From Sulfolobus acidocaldarius DSM 639 (lineage in GTDB: Archaea > Thermoproteota > Thermoprotei_A > Sulfolobales > Sulfolobaceae): DNA of 32,000 bases. Positions 27,845-32,000 of the stretch are shown here, in pieces. Position 1 is the first letter of the stretch; every line of letters begins with the position of its first letter. The stretch is from contig NC_007181.1 of the NCBI RefSeq assembly GCF_000012285.1, positions 1,680,001-1,712,000 of the forward strand. Reading direction: 5' to 3'. The notes beneath the pieces were generated by a model. It made no database searches and had not been told where the DNA came from. It was given only the letters and a program-made list of their open reading frames with translations. Position numbers and translations under genes: made by a program.

Positions 27845-27989
27845 TGGTAAGGAGTTTCACCCAAGTTCTCTGTGTAATCTAAGTAACTGCCTCACTTTCT
27901 TTAGCATGATTTAACGGAGAATTTAAGAACTTTGTAAAACTACTCCCTAATCCAAATAAGCTTATAAACTACTAGGAAGATGTAAACTT

Positions 27990-29516
27990 GTGTTTTCTTT
28001 AAGGAGTGCACTGATCCTTGCGCTATTAATTATAGCGTCTCTAGTTAATACCAAATACTCCTTACCTTTAGCACTATTAGTTGTAGGATTAACATATTTA
28101 TTAGATGAGCAAAGACTGCTCCCTTATGCATCAATAGTTTCATTTCTAATCCCTATGGTATATCCTTTAGAGACAAGCTATGTTCCAATGATATACGCTC
28201 TATCCTCAATAGGAATATTGGCGAGTAAGTATTCTAGGTTATTATCCTCAGTCCTAATAATCTTGGGAGTTTCCATTCTCCCCCTAGGTGATGTTCAAAA
28301 ATACCTTATCTTGTATCTAACTGCATTCCTACTATTAGGTGTGGATATTAGAGGTACTTTAGGTGGAGGTATAATAATGCTAATACTTGCGACACAAGGC
28401 TATGTCCCCTATGATTTAGCATTCTATACTATATTGTTTGGAGTTCTATCTCTGACAACTCTATATAAAATAAAAGTCACGAGATATCATGCCATCGCCA
28501 TATTATCAGCTATATTTCCCCTCTTGTACTCGTATTTTCCATTACCCTCATTTCTTGTATCATTAGGGTCAGCACTTGTGTTTCCACCAGCCCTCTTCTC
28601 TACTAGCATATTACTTTATGTAGAAGGGTTTAAACAAGGGATTTATGGTCTACTACTTATTTTGCTCTCTTTAGTATATAACAGATACGAGAAATACTTT
28701 AGGACAATCTCAATGGTATTGGTCAGTGCAGGACTGTCTATATTCTCATCAGTTTTTCCTCCCTTAATCTTAATACTCATAGTTATTTACTTTCTAGAGA
28801 AGGGAAAGGTATTAACTTACTCACAGTATTTTCTCATACCCCTTTCACTTTATTTACTCATTCAAGGGTCATACCAGAGCTTAGTTTACTCCTCCATAGC
28901 CTTAATAATAGTTTCAACTTTACGCATGATATTAAGGACTACGGATTCGAATAGGTTTAAAAAACTAGTTAAGCTTATGAATGCTAGAATAGTAGGAGGT
29001 ATAATTTCACTACTTATAGAGATTATCCTGTTTTTCATAGCGCTTCAATACCTTGTCTTCCCACTATCATATGTGGCATTAACCCTTTCAGTTATTTACG
29101 CTGTTTTTATCTTTAGGGAGAGAAACGCTTTCGTTCACTTCTCGCTCTCAGCCGTATTGGCACTCTTCTTTAACCCAGTTTTCGCCCTAGGGGGGATTAA
29201 ACTTAAGGATAGCCTTAATGTTATTGTGGTCGCTCTAACTATTATTATGGGAATCCTTTTTAGCCACACACTTTACTTTTCAATTATAAGTGTCTTCCTG
29301 TCTGTGTCATACTTGTTACAAAAATTTGACATTCATGATCTAGTACCCTTGTCAGTAATATCAATCGTCTCTATAATTCCTGGAATTACATGGACCTATG
29401 TATTACCTCCTATATTACTTTCCTTCTCATATCTTATAACTAAAAAGTACAGTTATGAGTTAGGATTGTCTTCAATGTTTTGTATAATAATTCTCATCCA
29501 CTATCTAATAGTGTGA
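27990..29516 (+). CDS. Polytopic membrane protein (possible Wzy-like polymerase; function unproven)
   Basis: 508 aa, hydrophobic almost throughout, GTG start, located between GT4 and GT2 genes. Confidence 0.55.
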   Translation: MFSLRSALILALLIIASLVNTKYSLPLALLVVGLTYLLDEQRLLPYASIVSFLIPMVYPLETSYVPMIYALSSIGILASKYSRLLSSVLIILGVSILPLGDVQKYLILYLTAFLLLGVDIRGTLGGGIIMLILATQGYVPYDLAFYTILFGVLSLTTLYKIKVTRYHAIAILSAIFPLLYSYFPLPSFLVSLGSALVFPPALFSTSILLYVEGFKQGIYGLLLILLSLVYNRYEKYFRTISMVLVSAGLSIFSSVFPPLILILIVIYFLEKGKVLTYSQYFLIPLSLYLLIQGSYQSLVYSSIALIIVSTLRMILRTTDSNRFKKLVKLMNARIVGGIISLLIEIILFFIALQYLVFPLSYVALTLSVIYAVFIFRERNAFVHFSLSAVLALFFNPVFALGGIKLKDSLNVIVVALTIIMGILFSHTLYFSIISVFLSVSYLLQKFDIHDLVPLSVISIVSIIPGITWTYVLPPILLSFSYLITKKYSYELGLSSMFCIIILIHYLIV

Positions 29517-29613
29517 ACACGTAACTTAAGTATTAGAGGTCCGAAAATAAATGGTTTTTTCTGCCTACGAGATTGGTAAAGTTTTATAAAACAGAGAAAT
29601 AAAGATGTTATGA

Positions 29614-30348
29614 ATGCTTAGTGTTGTGATACCGGCATACAATGAAGAGAATAGAATTGGCAATACGTTGTCATGCCTTGGTATATGGTTCGACTCCGCC
29701 GAGATAATTGTTGTTCATGACGGAAAAGATAATACGCCTGAGGTTGTGAAGAAGTTTAATGGGGTTAAGTTGCTTAAGAGTCCAAATAGACTGGGTAAAG
29801 GTCTTGCCATTAAGATTGGAATAGAAAATAGTTCAGTAGATAGAATACTGTTGATAGATGCAGATCTACCTACCACAAGAGATGATTTGGAAAAGGTTCT
29901 ATCAGTTGATGCTGATTTAGTAATAACTAAGAGAAGATTTGTTAATATCTCCTCTGAGAGATACATACTACATAAAGGTTTCATATTTCTTGTAAGGCTT
30001 CTCTTTCCTAGTCTCAGAAAAATATCAGATTTCCAATCAGGTGTTAAAGTAGTTAAGAGAAGTAAAGTGATCAGTGTTGCAGACGAGTTAATTTCTAACG
30101 ATCTATTATTTGATGTTAACATAATTTACGCGTTTAAGAGAAGAGGATATACCATAAAGGAAGTTGAAATTCAATACTTAAATGACGAGGATGGCAGCAA
30201 AATAGGAAAATCCTTGTCAAAAACTATAGTCCTTATGGCGTTATCACTTCTCAGGCTTAGAATTTTCTATTCTCCCTTCAAAAAATTACTTTACTATCCA
30301 TTAATGGTAAGGTTCCAGCGTTGGGTATTTAATAGACTGAACTCCTAG
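29614..30348 (+). CDS. Glycosyltransferase, GT2 family (dolichyl-phosphate sugar synthase-like)
   Basis: MLSVVIPAYNEENRIGNTL (GT2 N-terminal motif), LLIDADLPT (DxD-type motif), and a C-terminal hydrophobic segment. Confidence 0.8.
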   Translation: MLSVVIPAYNEENRIGNTLSCLGIWFDSAEIIVVHDGKDNTPEVVKKFNGVKLLKSPNRLGKGLAIKIGIENSSVDRILLIDADLPTTRDDLEKVLSVDADLVITKRRFVNISSERYILHKGFIFLVRLLFPSLRKISDFQSGVKVVKRSKVISVADELISNDLLFDVNIIYAFKRRGYTIKEVEIQYLNDEDGSKIGKSLSKTIVLMALSLLRLRIFYSPFKKLLYYPLMVRFQRWVFNRLNS

Positions 30349-30350
30349 CC

Positions 30351-31343
30351 TCACTTTCCTTTTCTCCTATAAATGATGTCTAAAGTGAACGCTACTGCAG
30401 TTATGGCTATGGCTAAACCGAATATAAGCATAGGCTCTACAGGGTATTCAACTTTGATACCTACACTTCCTTGAGGAGGAGACTCTCCGTATACGTTTAT
30501 CACTTTAAAGGTCTTCAGTTTAGGGAAAGTTATGTTTACTGTCATGGACGTGGAATTTACAGTTAAAGTAAATTTACCGTTACCATAATTATCTGTGTAA
30601 CCACTATAATATTGATGATTGTTAACGAAAACTACGTATGGCTCATCTGAGAACGGTGCTATCACAGAGAACTCTAAAGGTCTAACGGTGGCGTTATCTA
30701 ACCTAAAACCAACATACGTTATATTCCACGGAAAATTGGTCTTAATGCCTACATAATATTCACTACCATTTATAAATACTCTAGATAATTCTGCCTTCCC
30801 GTTATCATCAGTCAACACAACTGTATAATTAACAGGCTTATTGATTATCAAAGTATCCCCTATATAGTTTCCTGACGGACCAGGTATAGGTCCTATGAGG
30901 TCCCAACTATTATTCATGTTCTGCCATAGGTATCCGTTCAGAGCGACTGTAAGTATTGACGTGTTAGACTTATAGTCAGGTAGTGGCGGAGTAAAGTTTT
31001 GCCCATAAAAAACTATACCTGATATCCTTGAAAGATTACAAATACCCACGAATGAGACTATCATCTCATTTGATATCGAGAAGTTAACAGGGAATAGAAT
31101 ATAGTTAGCCACAAAACCTTGGTAAGTTAATAGGTTACCATTCTTTATTAACTTGACACCTGTAGAGATGTTAGGGAAATTTATTGAGTTTATCTTGGTC
31201 TCTAAGACAGAGAACTTAATTTCTATATTCTGACCCAAATATACACTATTAGGATAACTAAGTTGCACCATAAGAGAATTGGTGTAGGTTGGAATTAACA
31301 TCAAGAGAAGGAAAAGCATCAACAGAATTATCACAGATCTCAT
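30351..31343 (-). CDS. Secreted, C-terminally anchored glycoprotein (function unknown)
   Basis: Signal-like MRSVIILLMLFLLLMLIPTYT, numerous N-x-S/T sequons, and a C-terminal helix LIFGLAIAITAVAFTLDIIY followed by RRKGK. Confidence 0.7.
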   Translation of the reverse strand: MRSVIILLMLFLLLMLIPTYTNSLMVQLSYPNSVYLGQNIEIKFSVLETKINSINFPNISTGVKLIKNGNLLTYQGFVANYILFPVNFSISNEMIVSFVGICNLSRISGIVFYGQNFTPPLPDYKSNTSILTVALNGYLWQNMNNSWDLIGPIPGPSGNYIGDTLIINKPVNYTVVLTDDNGKAELSRVFINGSEYYVGIKTNFPWNITYVGFRLDNATVRPLEFSVIAPFSDEPYVVFVNNHQYYSGYTDNYGNGKFTLTVNSTSMTVNITFPKLKTFKVINVYGESPPQGSVGIKVEYPVEPMLIFGLAIAITAVAFTLDIIYRRKGK

Positions 31344-31452
31344 ACAATACTATTAAGTATTATAATATTTAAGCCAAATGAAAGCGTTTTCAAGTCTCTC
31401 TATCGGAAATGAGGGATTTTAATATAAAGCAGATAAACATAAGATAAATATA

Positions 31453-32000
31453 ATGTGGTCGATTGAGATCCCAGTTGTTCATGGGAAGTATCTAAGAAAT
31501 GTGTTAGAGTCCATAAGAACCCAAACCTATCAAGACTTTGAGGTGATAGTCGTAAATTCTGGTGACGAATTGATATCAGACCTCATAAGAGAATATGGGT
31601 TTAAGGAGGTCAGGGAGAAAGTGAACTTGTTAAATGCTAGATATTTAGCCCATAAAAATTCATCAGGAGAAAAGGCTTTAGTTCTTGATGAGACTAGAGT
31701 TCTAAGGAAAGATACTTTAGAAATACTATCAGAAATAGAACACGATATGATAATCGTGGGAGAGGCTGAAGTAGGGAATTCGTCTTTGTGGATAAGATTA
31801 GCACAACTTGACAAGGATAACCTCATAAATTGTAATGAACCAGATGCAGTTAAAGGTTTTTTACTTCCCAGAGCATTTAACTCAGAACTGCTTACTAAGA
31901 CATTTGAGTTGTTAAGGGATAAACTGGGGGATAAGTTTGATAAGGTGTTATATCCTGATCATGAGTTGATTTATTTTACGTCTCGAATGTTTTCCAATAA
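31453..32000 (+). CDS. Glycosyltransferase, GT2 family (partial, runs off the right edge)
   Basis: The frame is open from the ATG at 31453 to the window end (checked codon by codon). It reads MWSIEIPVVHGKYLRNVLESIRTQTYQDFEVIVVNSGDE.., the GT2 pattern (IPv.n....L...l.Si..QTy..fEvIvVd.gs), and LVLDETR is a DxD-like position. It is missing from the ORF track because it has no stop. The antisense ORF 31530-31826 is its shadow. Confidence 0.7.
   Translation, partial: MWSIEIPVVHGKYLRNVLESIRTQTYQDFEVIVVNSGDELISDLIREYGFKEVREKVNLLNARYLAHKNSSGEKALVLDETRVLRKDTLEILSEIEHDMIIVGEAEVGNSSLWIRLAQLDKDNLINCNEPDAVKGFLLPRAFNSELLTKTFELLRDKLGDKFDKVLYPDHELIYFTSRMFSN

Overview
This is an AT-rich archaeal window that looks like a Sulfolobales-type crenarchaeon. 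The signs are TATA boxes about 26 nt upstream of start codons (leaderless style), 4-nt ATGA gene overlaps, and sequon-rich membrane-anchored secreted proteins. All calls come from reading the supplied translations and the DNA by eye; no database search was run. The window has three blocks. Block 1 (1-6.7 kb) is accessory and decayed. It holds a secreted glycoprotein gene, an ABC-type ATPase with an overlapping small partner gene, a decayed inverted copy of that pair, a frameshifted AAA_14/DUF4143-type ATPase pseudogene, and a minimal nucleotidyltransferase. Block 2 (6.9-13.1 kb) is the main candidate for something new. Seven tightly packed genes sit in two convergent operons. One operon encodes a small helical protein, a 394-aa Cas7-like RAMP, a 105-aa retropepsin-like aspartic protease (DTG plus LLGxxxL motifs) and a 228-aa paralogous RAMP. 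The other encodes an 885-aa Cas10-like protein (CxxC-x28-CxxC zinc finger, no canonical GGDD), a Cas5/Csm4/Cmr3-like protein and a 127-aa unknown. No CRISPR array, cas6, adaptation genes or CARF/SAVED effector are visible in the 32 kb. Block 3 (14-32 kb) is more ordinary. It contains a UbiE-like methyltransferase, a 2-kb gene-poor stretch, TrmO, an MFS transporter and a surface-glycan cluster (two GT4, two GT2, a Wzx-like flippase, two large polytopic membrane proteins and a secreted glycoprotein). No rRNA, tRNA, CRISPR array or recognisable transposase was found.
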